A stretch of DNA of 46,686 bases. Origin: a virus (Duplodnaviria; Caudoviricetes). The stretch is from positions 1-46,686 of IMG/VR virus record IMGVR_UViG_3300027697_000031. One strand, given 5' to 3'. The first letter of the stretch is position 1; each line of letters starts with the position of its first letter. The position numbers were made by a program, and so were the translations under genes. Of the stretch, positions 16,287 through 26,040 are shown in pieces. A model generated the notes under the pieces. It was not told the origin of the DNA and ran no database searches. It saw only the letters and a list, made by a program, of their open reading frames with translations.

Positions 16287-16473
16287 TCTTTCAAATTCGT
16301 ACAATAGCCCTGCTCTCCGAGAAGCGGCGGCGTATATAGAGGTGTTGGAGAGTGAAGTAAAGATTCAACAAGAGCGTATCAAGTTGTTAGAGCGTGAAGT
16401 AGCCTACGCTGAAAACGGCTACAACCAAAAGTACAAAAGCATTGAGGTGAAAGATGAGAAAGAAAACCAGTAA
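16261..16473 (+). CDS. Hypothetical coiled-coil protein
   Basis: SD AAGGAGG before GTG 16261; LREAAAYIE motif. Confidence 0.6.
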   Translation: MSIKENLISLSNSYNSPALREAAAYIEVLESEVKIQQERIKLLEREVAYAENGYNQKYKSIEVKDEKENQ

Positions 16474-16837
16474 AGCAGAAAAGATTCGCCAGTTCTTAAA
16501 GGCTAACCCTACCGCTACACCAAAAGAGATTGCCACGAAGTTCAAGGTCAATGTCACGATGGTGTATGCGCTACGCAAGAAAGCCTTGATCCCTATGGCT
16601 CACGCTGTGAGCCACCCCTCGTCAGCCAACCAACAACAAGTTGGTGGATCTCACTACAAAGCAATGCCGATCCAACCTTGGGAAGCCATGCAAGCATGGA
16701 TGAAACCCGATGAGTTCAATGGATTCTTAAAGGGCAACGCAATCAAATATCTTGCTAGGTGTAATGCAAAGGGGGGCCTCGAAGATGTGAAGAAAGCCCA
16801 TCACTACATCGCCAAACTAATTGAGGTGAGCAAATGA
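16454..16837 (+). CDS. DUF3310 (SaV-like) protein with an N-terminal HTH-like extension
   Basis: QVGGSHY...IQPWE...FLKGNAIKYLAR...KGGLEDVKKA. Confidence 0.8.
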   Translation: MRKKTSKAEKIRQFLKANPTATPKEIATKFKVNVTMVYALRKKALIPMAHAVSHPSSANQQQVGGSHYKAMPIQPWEAMQAWMKPDEFNGFLKGNAIKYLARCNAKGGLEDVKKAHHYIAKLIEVSK

Positions 16838-16944
16838 TGGAGATTCTATGGGAGATATTCAAGTGGACTATGTTCCTACTTGGTTGCGTGACTGCGCTAG
16901 GTGCGTTAGCCACACTCGTATTCATATGGTTGCAAGATAGGTAA
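16834..16944 (+). CDS. 36-aa membrane peptide
   Basis: Read manually; SD GAGG; ATGA coupling; hydrophobic helix. Confidence 0.5.
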   Translation: MMEILWEIFKWTMFLLGCVTALGALATLVFIWLQDR

Positions 16945-16946
16945 GC

Positions 16947-18827
16947 ATGGAAATAATCACGATTGACTTTGAAACATACTATGACAAAGAGTATTCGCTT
17001 TCAAAGATGACTACCGAAGCCTACATTCGTGACCCTCGCTTTGAGGTGATCGGTGTAGGTGTTAAGGTAAACAAAGAGCCTACCATTTGGTATAGCGGTA
17101 CGAATGTCAAAGGATTCCTGACAGGGTTAGACTACTCTGATAAGGCAATCCTTTGCCATCATACTGCCTTTGATGGGGCAATCCTATCATGGCACTTTGG
17201 CATCAAGCCAAAGTTGTGGCTCGACACACTCAGCATGGCACGACCATTCCACAACATGACGGTAGGTGGTAGTCTCAAGGCACTCGCTACACACTACGAG
17301 ATCGGCGCAAAAGGCGACGAAGTTATCAATGCGTTAGGCAAACGCAGGGGGGACTTTGCGCCTGATGAACTTGCACGCTACGCAGAGTACTGTAAGAACG
17401 ATGTGGACTTGACTTATCAGTTGTTCAAAAAGATAGGCAAAGATTTTCCAATCTCCGAACTCATGGTCATCGATCAAACCATTCGCATGTACACCGAACC
17501 TGTGATCGAGTTGGATGTGCCAACCTTAGAGCAACATCTTGACAGTGTGTTGCAACGCAAAAAAGATTTACTCAACGACATGGGCTTGGGCGATGGCATT
17601 TCTGACGAGACACTAACTAAAGCGTTGATGAGCAACAACATCTTTGCCAAGTTCCTTTCCAACCTTGGGGTCGAACCCCCTACAAAAACAAGTCTACGCA
17701 CAGGCAAGGAAGCCTTTGCCTTTTCTAAAACCGACAAAGCGTTTACCGACTTACTAGAACATCCTGATGAAAGGGTGCAGTCTGCGGTGGCAGCAAGGCT
17801 CGGAATCAAATCCACTATTGAAGAAACCCGAACCAAAGCACTAATAGAAGTAGCCAGTCGTGGTCGCTTGCCGATCATGCTCAACTACTATGGCGCACAC
17901 ACAGGCAGATTCTCAGGGGGCGATAAACTAAACCTACAAAATCTACCTGCTCGTGGCAATAACTCTATACGACGCGCACTCAAAGCCCCACCAAACCACA
18001 AGTTAATTGCATGTGATAGTTCACAGATCGAAGCCCGCATGGTCGCCTATGTTGCAGGTCAGGAAGAATTAGTCCAAGCATTTGCTGAAGGGCGAGATGT
18101 GTACTCGGAGTTTGCGACCGAAGTCTATGGGCGAACAATCACCAAGCAAGATAAAGTAGAACGATTCGTGGGCAAGACCTGTATCTTGGGGCTTGGCTAC
18201 GGCATGGGGGCTGAGAAGTTTCGGCGCACCCTAGAGATAGGGCAGGGCGGTATCTCCGTGCGGATTGACCTACACGAAGCAGATCGTATTGTGCGCTTGT
18301 ATCGCCAAAAGAATTGGAAGATAGTTCAGTTGTGGCAGAAGTGTGGCAACGCACTTAACCATATAGTTACAGGGCAAAGCGGTCAGATCGTTGATTGGAT
18401 TCCATACGATAGCGAGGGAATCATACTGCCTAACAAGATGCGTATACGATACCCTGCTTTGCGTACAGATGGCAGTCAGTTCCTTTATATCGCAGATGCA
18501 AGAGAGTATCGCAAGGCGGTACAGAACCGTGTGATAACAGGCGAGATCAAGGAAGTTAACTGGACAAAAATCTATGGCGGTAAAGTCACAGAGAATTTGA
18601 TTCAAGCCTTGGCTCGTATCGTTATTGCAGAACAGATGACGAAGATCGGGCAACACTATCATGTGGCTTTCCAAGTACACGATGAGATTATCATCACGGC
18701 CCCGGTATCCGATGCGTCTAACGCAGAGCAACTTCTTGTACAAACAATGTCCACCCCTCCAGTCTGGGCGCAGGGGCTACCCGTAGCCTGTGAATCAGGC
18801 ATGGCAGATACTTACGGCGACACTTGA
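16947..18827 (+). CDS. polA: Family A DNA polymerase with 3'-5' exonuclease
   Basis: ExoI DFETY, HTGRFSG, NLQNLP, motif A DSSQIEAR, motif B RFVGKTCILGLGYG, motif C QVHDE. Confidence 0.95.
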   Translation: MEIITIDFETYYDKEYSLSKMTTEAYIRDPRFEVIGVGVKVNKEPTIWYSGTNVKGFLTGLDYSDKAILCHHTAFDGAILSWHFGIKPKLWLDTLSMARPFHNMTVGGSLKALATHYEIGAKGDEVINALGKRRGDFAPDELARYAEYCKNDVDLTYQLFKKIGKDFPISELMVIDQTIRMYTEPVIELDVPTLEQHLDSVLQRKKDLLNDMGLGDGISDETLTKALMSNNIFAKFLSNLGVEPPTKTSLRTGKEAFAFSKTDKAFTDLLEHPDERVQSAVAARLGIKSTIEETRTKALIEVASRGRLPIMLNYYGAHTGRFSGGDKLNLQNLPARGNNSIRRALKAPPNHKLIACDSSQIEARMVAYVAGQEELVQAFAEGRDVYSEFATEVYGRTITKQDKVERFVGKTCILGLGYGMGAEKFRRTLEIGQGGISVRIDLHEADRIVRLYRQKNWKIVQLWQKCGNALNHIVTGQSGQIVDWIPYDSEGIILPNKMRIRYPALRTDGSQFLYIADAREYRKAVQNRVITGEIKEVNWTKIYGGKVTENLIQALARIVIAEQMTKIGQHYHVAFQVHDEIIITAPVSDASNAEQLLVQTMSTPPVWAQGLPVACESGMADTYGDT

Positions 18828-18852
18828 CACCCCCAAAAATGTGTGATAAATT
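18824..18852 (+). promoter_or_regulatory. Sigma70-type promoter
   Basis: TTGACA, N17, TAAATT, with TGTG extension. Confidence 0.65.
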
Positions 18853-18900
18853 TACCTTTCCAAATAAGTTAAGGGTGATGGAAGTCCCATCACTGACAAT

Positions 18901-19560
18901 ATGAAACTGAGTCATTCATACAGTTCAATTAAACTGTACGAGAATTGCCCCTACCGCTACTTCCGTCAGCGTGTTCTGAAGGATGTGGTGGATGAGGGGG
19001 GTGAAGCCAGTAAGCATGGCGAACGGATACATGCGTATCTTGAGCATCGGCTTAAATCCAACAACTTGTTGCCACAAGAAATTGCCCACTACGAATCTCT
19101 TTGCCAATCGGTAGAACGACTAGCCGAGGGGGGTGATTTGCATATCGAACATGAGATGGTGCTGACTGAGAACCTTACACCAACAGGTTGGTGGGAGGCA
19201 GATGCTTGGCTCAGATCTAAACTTGACATCCTTGTATTAAATGGTAGCCTAGCCAATGTGATGGATTGGAAAACAGGCAAACGAAACCTTGACCAATTCC
19301 AAATGCAACTGTTTGCGGCGCAGGTGTTTCAACACTTCCCTGATGTGCAGACTGTAAGGACTAGCCTAGTGTGGCTCAAGACAATGGAGATGGATACAGA
19401 GACCTATTACAGGGCGCAGACGAACGACCTGTGGGCGGATGTGATGAAGCGTATTCAGCGTATATACAAGTCGTTGGAGCATGACAACTGGCCTATGAAA
19501 CCATCAGGGCTATGTCGCTTTTGTCCTGCCCGACACGACTGTGTTAGTGCTAGGGTTTAA
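18901..19560 (+). CDS. PD-(D/E)XK (RecB/Cas4-like) exonuclease
   Basis: SYSS...CP, G..IH, LD...DWKTGK, Q..L.A and C-terminal CRFCPARHDC. Confidence 0.85.
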   Translation: MKLSHSYSSIKLYENCPYRYFRQRVLKDVVDEGGEASKHGERIHAYLEHRLKSNNLLPQEIAHYESLCQSVERLAEGGDLHIEHEMVLTENLTPTGWWEADAWLRSKLDILVLNGSLANVMDWKTGKRNLDQFQMQLFAAQVFQHFPDVQTVRTSLVWLKTMEMDTETYYRAQTNDLWADVMKRIQRIYKSLEHDNWPMKPSGLCRFCPARHDCVSARV

Positions 19561-19566
19561 CCTTAC

Positions 19567-19594
19567 TTGACAAGAGCGTAAAGTGAGTTACAAT
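19567..19594 (+). promoter_or_regulatory. Possible sigma70 promoter overlapping the VRR-NUC start
   Basis: TTGACA, N16, TACAAT. Confidence 0.45.
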
Positions 19595-19891
19595 ACTCCC
19601 GAAGGCAAGGTAAAGAAGAAGGTAGTGACCGTATTGAAGAAGCATGGTGTGTGGTATTTCTTCCCTGCTAACAATGGCTTTGGCAAGGCGGGGATACCTG
19701 ACCTGATAGCGATTGTGAGGGGACAGTTTTTAGGGATTGAAGTCAAGGCAGACAAGACCAAGAAGCCGACGATGTTGCAAGTGAAGTGTGGTCAAGAGAT
19801 TCAAAACGCAGGTGGTTGGTGGATGGTGGTGTATGACGAGCCAACCCTTGCGTTGATGGAACAAATAATAAAAGAAAAACTTTACAGGTGA
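19583..19891 (+). CDS. VRR-NUC nuclease (Holliday junction resolvase-like)
   Basis: TPEGKVK, GIPDLI, FLGIEVKA, PTMLQ and AGG motifs. Confidence 0.88.
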   Translation: MSYNTPEGKVKKKVVTVLKKHGVWYFFPANNGFGKAGIPDLIAIVRGQFLGIEVKADKTKKPTMLQVKCGQEIQNAGGWWMVVYDEPTLALMEQIIKEKLYR

Positions 19892-19898
19892 AAAGATA

Positions 19899-21449
19899 AT
19901 GCTAGTAGTTCAAGATGCCAAAGCGTTGGCATTAAAACTCAACAACCCGAACAGGGTACTTGAGACGATACCAACCGCCAAGCCGTTTGAGTATCAAGGC
20001 GTACCCCTTGTGGTTACACCCCATCGTCTTGATGAGGTACGGGTATTGCGTAACCTTGGTATTCAAGCACCATCCCCCATTCTGTATTACTACGACTGGC
20101 CCGGCCAGTACACCCCGTATGACCACCAAAAACAAACTGCTGCGTTCTTGACGCTCAACACTCGTGGGCTTGTATTGAATGAGATCGGTACAGGCAAAAC
20201 CCAATCAGCATTATGGGCGGCTGACTATCTTATAAAGACAGGGCAGATTGAAAAGGTATTGATTCTTTCACCGCTATCTACGCTTGAACGGGTGTGGGGT
20301 GATGGTATCTTTACAGGCTTTCCACACCGCAAGTTCTTGGTGTTACATGGCACTGCCGCCAAACGCAAGCAGTTGCTCAGAGAAGAAGCAGACTTCTACA
20401 TCATCAACCATGATGGCTTCCCGATCATATCTGACCAAGCATTAGGGATGTTCGACCTAGTGATCGTAGACGAAGCGGCAGTTCTGCGTAACCCATCGAC
20501 ACAACGATTCAAGATATTCCGTAAATGGGTAGACATGAATCCATCAATACGTTTGTGGTTGATGACTGGCACACCTACCCCGAATGATCCAACCGATGCA
20601 TGGGCGTTGGCTAAATTAGTTAACAGTCCGTACTGTACAAAAACATATACTGCTTTCCGTGAGCAGGTGATGATGAAGATTGGGCAATGGAATTTTGTAC
20701 CACGACCTGAGTCGGTGGACATTGTTAAGAACATACTGCAACCTGCGGTACGGTATACCCGTGATGAATGTTTTGACCTACCCGATACGGTAGTGCAGAC
20801 ACGGCAGGTGGATTTGACCCCGATACAGAAGAAGCATTACACCCAAATGCTCAAGCACTTTGTTTCGGAGGCAACCGAAGGAACTATTACTGCGGTCAAT
20901 GAAGCAGTAAAGATTCAGAAACTTGTACAGATTTGTTGTGGCGTTGCTTACGGTGACGACGGGCAGAACATACAAGTTGATGCAACCCCAAGAGTTAACT
21001 TAGTTAAGGAGGTAATCGAAGAAGCAGGGGAGAAAGTAATTGTATTCGTACCGCTGACAGGTACTCTGCATATGTTGGAGCAAGAACTTGGTAAGCATTG
21101 GACAGTTGGTGTCGTGAATGGCGAAGTATCCGCACATAAACGAAATCAAATTTTCCATGACTTCCAACATTCTAAACACCCACATGTGTTGATTGCCCAC
21201 CCCGGCACAATGGCGCATGGCTTGACGCTGACAACGGCATCAACGATTGTGTGGTACGGCCCGATCAATAGCAATGAACAATACACACAAGCAAATGGTC
21301 GGATAGAACGCATTGGTAAGAAGCATGTATCCAATGTGATTCACATTGAAGCAACCGATCTTGAGCATAAGATTTATCAAAGGCTCAGGAACAAACAGAA
21401 GTTGCAGGGTTTGTTATTGGATTTAATTCAACAAGAAACTGAGAGGTGA
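19899..21449 (+). CDS. SNF2-family superfamily 2 helicase
   Basis: GTGKT, DEAA, TGTP, HGLTLT and QANGRIERIG. Confidence 0.92.
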   Translation: MLVVQDAKALALKLNNPNRVLETIPTAKPFEYQGVPLVVTPHRLDEVRVLRNLGIQAPSPILYYYDWPGQYTPYDHQKQTAAFLTLNTRGLVLNEIGTGKTQSALWAADYLIKTGQIEKVLILSPLSTLERVWGDGIFTGFPHRKFLVLHGTAAKRKQLLREEADFYIINHDGFPIISDQALGMFDLVIVDEAAVLRNPSTQRFKIFRKWVDMNPSIRLWLMTGTPTPNDPTDAWALAKLVNSPYCTKTYTAFREQVMMKIGQWNFVPRPESVDIVKNILQPAVRYTRDECFDLPDTVVQTRQVDLTPIQKKHYTQMLKHFVSEATEGTITAVNEAVKIQKLVQICCGVAYGDDGQNIQVDATPRVNLVKEVIEEAGEKVIVFVPLTGTLHMLEQELGKHWTVGVVNGEVSAHKRNQIFHDFQHSKHPHVLIAHPGTMAHGLTLTTASTIVWYGPINSNEQYTQANGRIERIGKKHVSNVIHIEATDLEHKIYQRLRNKQKLQGLLLDLIQQETER

Positions 21450-21451
21450 TT

Positions 21452-21856
21452 ATGAGTATAACTGTCGATGATGTTGTTGCGGCGTATCTCAAACTCCGCA
21501 ATAAGAAGGAAGCCCTAGAAGCCGAGACGAAGGATCAAGTCAAGACTTTGAAGGAAAAGATGGAGCAGTTTGAAGCATGGATCAAGGAACAGGCTGACGC
21601 TCAAGGCGTTACCAGTTTCAAAACCAAGCATGGAACTGCGTTCTTAACCACGACGGACTATGCGAATGTCGGTGATTGGGATGCCGTACTTGGATTCATT
21701 CGTGAGAACGAAGCCTACGACATGCTTGAGAAACGCATTAGCAAAGTTGCAGTCCGTGGATATATAGATGCAACCAAAGCAGTACCCCCCGGCGTGAACT
21801 ACGGCACGAAGTTGGAGGTGAATATCCGTAAGCCCGTAGCCCGTGTTGAAGACTAA
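21452..21856 (+). CDS. Replication-module hypothetical protein
   Basis: SD GAGG; coiled coil followed by DW..V..FI and PPGV motifs. Confidence 0.7.
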   Translation: MSITVDDVVAAYLKLRNKKEALEAETKDQVKTLKEKMEQFEAWIKEQADAQGVTSFKTKHGTAFLTTTDYANVGDWDAVLGFIRENEAYDMLEKRISKVAVRGYIDATKAVPPGVNYGTKLEVNIRKPVARVED

Positions 21857-21878
21857 CCGCTCACTAAAGGAGAAAACC

Positions 21879-22856
21879 ATGAGCAATCTTGTACCTGTAA
21901 ATATCCAAGTCCCCGCACACTTGGCAAGCCGTATCGGCACACCATCATTACTTGCACAGTCAATGGCAGGTGGTCTTGGTAATGGTGGCGAATCCATCCC
22001 ACGCATCAGTATTAAAGGCGGGCGTTTCCGTATTGTCGAGGGTGATACCGAGACTGTATTGGACACCACAACCATTGATGTAGTAATCGTTGGTGCAAAT
22101 CCTCGTCTGTCAAAGACTTGGTATGCAAAGGCATGGACACCTGACTCTGAACCACAAGCACCCGACTGCTTCTCATTGGATGGTATCGGCCCTGATCCGT
22201 CAGCCACACAACCACAAAATGACCTGTGTGCGTCTTGCCCACAGAACGCTTGGGGTAGCAAAGTGACTCCACAAGGTCAGCAGATCAAAGCCTGTGCCGA
22301 TCAGAAGCGTCTTGCCGTGGTGTCTGCTGATGACCCGACAGGCCCTACCTACTTGTTGCAGGTTACACCTGCCGCATTGAAAGGTCTGAACCAGTACCAA
22401 AAAGAACTTGCCATGCGTGGCATTGCCCCTGAGATTGTGCGTACCCGTATCTCGTTTGATACTGATGCGTCGTTCCCCAAACTGAAGTTCGGCTTTGGTG
22501 GATTCAATGAGGCTGATGTTCAGGCGGCAGTTGATCCTTTGTTTGGCTCAGCATCTGTCAAGGAAATTACTGGTGAGAATCCAAGGGCTGCTGTTGCAGT
22601 GCCGCAGATTGCCTCACCACAACAAGTTGCACCGAAACCCGCATTGAAGGCGGTAGAATCCACCCCCGCCCCTGCTCCTGTTGCGGAACAACCTGCTCCT
22701 TTGAAGCGTGGTTTTGGTGCATCCAAACCTGCTACTCCTGTAAAGGCGGCTACCCCTAAACCTGCCGTTGCACCTGCCGCAACCGCTACAAGTGCGGCGG
22801 CTTTAGCGGATAGCATTGCGGCTCTTGTCGGAGAGGTAAACTCTGATGATGCCTAA
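21879..22856 (+). CDS. Probable single-stranded DNA binding protein
   Basis: RISIKGGRF, CASCPQN..GS, KAC...RLAV; Ala/Pro-rich tail with an acidic end; SD AAGGAG. Confidence 0.6.
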   Translation: MSNLVPVNIQVPAHLASRIGTPSLLAQSMAGGLGNGGESIPRISIKGGRFRIVEGDTETVLDTTTIDVVIVGANPRLSKTWYAKAWTPDSEPQAPDCFSLDGIGPDPSATQPQNDLCASCPQNAWGSKVTPQGQQIKACADQKRLAVVSADDPTGPTYLLQVTPAALKGLNQYQKELAMRGIAPEIVRTRISFDTDASFPKLKFGFGGFNEADVQAAVDPLFGSASVKEITGENPRAAVAVPQIASPQQVAPKPALKAVESTPAPAPVAEQPAPLKRGFGASKPATPVKAATPKPAVAPAATATSAAALADSIAALVGEVNSDDA

Positions 22857-23133
22857 ACAACCACTCGACTTTACAAAGGTCGAGGCGTTGCGGAAGCACA
22901 TGTTGATGACAACAACTGACATGGCATCACTGCTTGGTACATCCCGCATGACTTACTACGGTTGGGTTCGTGGTAAGCCCCTACGGAAAAGCAGTGACGA
23001 ATATGTTAGGCTGATGCTCAAACGGTTACTTGCAATAATGACCGATCACCAATGGCCTATGCCTGATGTGATTGCGATGGAGCAACCGCAGAGAAAACAA
23101 CGACTCGACGAGTTATTAACGCAGTATCAATAG
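22846..23133 (+). CDS. XRE/Cro-like HTH DNA-binding protein
   Basis: LRK..MTTTDMASLLGTSRMTYYGW..G. Confidence 0.8.
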   Translation: MMPKQPLDFTKVEALRKHMLMTTTDMASLLGTSRMTYYGWVRGKPLRKSSDEYVRLMLKRLLAIMTDHQWPMPDVIAMEQPQRKQRLDELLTQYQ

Positions 23134-23139
23134 GGTGAG

Positions 23140-23159
23140 GCGGGGGAGCAATCCCCCGC
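23140..23159 (+). other. GC-rich GNRA hairpin upstream of the primase RBS
   Basis: GCGGGGGA-GCAA-TCCCCCGC with no U tract. Confidence 0.55.
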
Positions 23160-23175
23160 TAAGAACAGGAGCATT

Positions 23176-26040
23176 ATGAACACGCTTGATTTTCTAAAGC
23201 GGGTTCTGCCGTCTGAAGGAATATATGTCGCAGTTCTAATTAGAGGTAAGACGACTAAGCAGTTATTCTTTCAAACAGTTGAAGAACTTGCAAACGCAGT
23301 ACAACAAGGTGATGCGAGAGAGATAGATGCGTACTACGCTATATCGTCTTTCAAAGAAGAAGGTAGTCGGAAGTTCAATAACGCCCACTTAACTCAAGTG
23401 GTTGCGATGGACATCGACTGCGGAGAAGGTAAGCAGTATACAAATTGGAAAGAAGGACTCAAAGCCTTTGGTGCATTTGCTACCAAAGTGAATACCCCTG
23501 CGCCGATGATCGTGTTGTCAGGCGGTGGGCTACATGTTTACTGGTGTTTGACCGAAGCACTCCGGCCGGAAGAATGGAAACCACTAGCCGAGGGGATAAA
23601 AGCCTTGGCTCTGAGCAATGGGCTTGCCATTGACCCAACAGTAACGGGCGATGTATCCCGAATCCTACGCCCCGTCGAGACACACAACTATAAAGATGGC
23701 ACACCACGCCCAGTTAAGTTACTACTGGATGCCGTACCCGTTGACCCCGACCATCTGCGGTCACTCATTCCTGAGCATGTGTCAGTACCGTCAGTAAATC
23801 GACAAGCAACTAGCAGTAAGTTGCTACAAGATATGGCGGTGAAGTCTGACTTCCCGCTATCAAACGGCGAGGCTATCCTTAATAAGTGCCAACAGATTAA
23901 ATGGATGTACGACAACAGGGCTGACAAGACCAAGGTCAACGAACCCATGTGGTATCGGATGATTGGCGTTGCCGCCTACTGCCATAACGCAGAAGAAGTA
24001 GCAATCAAGTGGAGCGAGGGACATCCTGACTTTGATCCACAAGCAACTATTGAGAAGATGGAGCATTGGAAAGAAGGCGCAACTGGCCCATCACTGTGCG
24101 AGAAGTTTGAGGAAGTAAACCCCGGCGGGTGCAAAGGATGTAAGTTCAAGGACAAGATTGGTAGCCCTGTACGCTTAGGTGTGCAGTTCCAAGAAGTCGA
24201 GATTAGCCAAGATGTACTTGACCCAACCGCCTATGAAATAGAACTACCCAAGCCATACAAACGAACAGACAAGGGAATCAAAGCCACCATAGACGACACC
24301 GATATTGATGTATCACCGTTTGATTTGTATCCAGTCGGATACGGCAAGGATGAATCCCTTGGCTATGAAGTAGTACGGTATCACTGGAAACGCCCACATG
24401 TAGGATGGCAACCATTGAACCTACGGCAAGCGTTCCTTACCGATGGAAGCCGAGAGTTTGCGAGTGCAATCGCAGACCAAGGCATTGTGTTAACTAGCAA
24501 GAAACAGACGGAGTACTTTCAACATATGTTGCGTTCATACATGGATAAACTGCGGCAACAACGCACCATGACCAACCTCTACTCCACGATGGGGTGGAAG
24601 AATAACTACACCGAATGGGTCATGGGTGACACAATACTGCGCCGCAACAAAGACGGTACGGTAACAGAGGAACAAATTATTCTGTCATCGGGATCCCAAC
24701 GATTAGGCAACGATCTGTACGGAGCAGAGGGAACGCTTGAAGAATGGCGTGACTTCACGAAACTGCTTCCGCAGGGCAAGTTCATACCCATCCAATTCAT
24801 CCTAGGGGTAAGCCTATCCTCCCCGTTCTATGACTTCACAGGACTAAAGAACACAGTTATATCCCTGTTTGGTGAGACAGGTAGTGGCAAGACCTTGGCT
24901 CAGTTATGGGGTCAGTCTGTATGGGGTGACCCAATCAAGTTGCACTTTGCCGCCAAGTACACACAGAACGCTTTGTTCTCCCGCTTCGGACTGTACTGCA
25001 ACATGATGATGACCGTTGACGAAACCACAATGGTGGATGTTAAAGATGTGGGCGACCTAATCTACTGGTTCACGCAGGGTAGGGACAAGGCAAGGCTTAA
25101 CCGTCATGCTGAAGAACGGGAGTCAAGAGAGTGGGCTGCACCTTCCGTGTTATCCACCAACAAGTCTATGAGTTCTAAACTTGCGGCATCTGGTTTGGAG
25201 TCAGCCGCACAAATGGCTCGACTGCTTGAGTTGGAGACCCACCCCCACCCCCTATTTACTAGCAACAGTTCTGCGGGTCGTGAGATTCACAAGTTTGTGA
25301 CTAGCCATTACGGTACGGCAGGGCGTGAGTTTATGAAACGCCTACTGGAACTTGGCCCTGATTCGATTAAGGCTATGATCGATGAGTCGTTCGCCACCTT
25401 CTCCAAGAGATACAACTGTAAGTTTGCAGGTGATGAAAGGTTTTGGGAACAGGCTATTGTCTTGGCTGACCTAGCCTTGCGCCTTGCTTACGAGTGGGGA
25501 CTGATCCTCTACAAGCCAAAGGATTGCATTGAGTGGGCGTTGATTCAGATTGGCGCAATCCGCAAGGTTGTGGCTGACCAAAAGGTAGATGGTTTAGATA
25601 TGCTGACTGAGTTCTTGAACGAACATGCAAGCACCGCGTTGACTGTATGGCACACAGGTAACAACAAACCTACACCTGATTTGTCACGCATCCCAAGGAG
25701 CGACTTGCGTATCCGCTTTGACTTGTTCCGTAAAGACTCGGCTTCGCCATGTGACCACGGGTCAGTAACCTTTGACCGTACTTTCTATCGCAAGTGGTTA
25801 TCCCAACAAGGGTATGACTACAAGTCGTTCATGCAAGAGATCAATGGGCAGAGCATCAATGCTACGCCTAAGTCTAATAAGTCTAGCCTTGGTAAAGATA
25901 GCCCGATTAAGATTCCACAATGCTATGTTATCAGCGTCAACCTTAATCACCCTAGACTCAAGGCAATTTTAGATGACGCTGATGAAGCGGCTGACAGTAC
26001 AACCCTAGGCAACTTGGCTTTAGTCGGAGTCGCTCAGTAG
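23176..26040 (+). CDS. Primase-helicase (RepB/AEP-like primase, PriCT-like domain, DUF927 helicase)
   Basis: DIDCG and SGGGLHVYW primase motifs, RILR, C..F....C.GC, Walker A GETGSGKT and TVDE. Confidence 0.85.
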   Translation: MNTLDFLKRVLPSEGIYVAVLIRGKTTKQLFFQTVEELANAVQQGDAREIDAYYAISSFKEEGSRKFNNAHLTQVVAMDIDCGEGKQYTNWKEGLKAFGAFATKVNTPAPMIVLSGGGLHVYWCLTEALRPEEWKPLAEGIKALALSNGLAIDPTVTGDVSRILRPVETHNYKDGTPRPVKLLLDAVPVDPDHLRSLIPEHVSVPSVNRQATSSKLLQDMAVKSDFPLSNGEAILNKCQQIKWMYDNRADKTKVNEPMWYRMIGVAAYCHNAEEVAIKWSEGHPDFDPQATIEKMEHWKEGATGPSLCEKFEEVNPGGCKGCKFKDKIGSPVRLGVQFQEVEISQDVLDPTAYEIELPKPYKRTDKGIKATIDDTDIDVSPFDLYPVGYGKDESLGYEVVRYHWKRPHVGWQPLNLRQAFLTDGSREFASAIADQGIVLTSKKQTEYFQHMLRSYMDKLRQQRTMTNLYSTMGWKNNYTEWVMGDTILRRNKDGTVTEEQIILSSGSQRLGNDLYGAEGTLEEWRDFTKLLPQGKFIPIQFILGVSLSSPFYDFTGLKNTVISLFGETGSGKTLAQLWGQSVWGDPIKLHFAAKYTQNALFSRFGLYCNMMMTVDETTMVDVKDVGDLIYWFTQGRDKARLNRHAEERESREWAAPSVLSTNKSMSSKLAASGLESAAQMARLLELETHPHPLFTSNSSAGREIHKFVTSHYGTAGREFMKRLLELGPDSIKAMIDESFATFSKRYNCKFAGDERFWEQAIVLADLALRLAYEWGLILYKPKDCIEWALIQIGAIRKVVADQKVDGLDMLTEFLNEHASTALTVWHTGNNKPTPDLSRIPRSDLRIRFDLFRKDSASPCDHGSVTFDRTFYRKWLSQQGYDYKSFMQEINGQSINATPKSNKSSLGKDSPIKIPQCYVISVNLNHPRLKAILDDADEAADSTTLGNLALVGVAQ

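Noticed and set aside
18901-19560. Cas4 as evidence of a CRISPR system
   Set aside because: It is a stand-alone phage PD-(D/E)XK exonuclease in a replication module, with no array or other cas genes.
26020-26040. Bidirectional terminator at the convergence of the early and late arms
   Set aside because: The two genes overlap by 21 nt and no hairpin with U tracts is evident.
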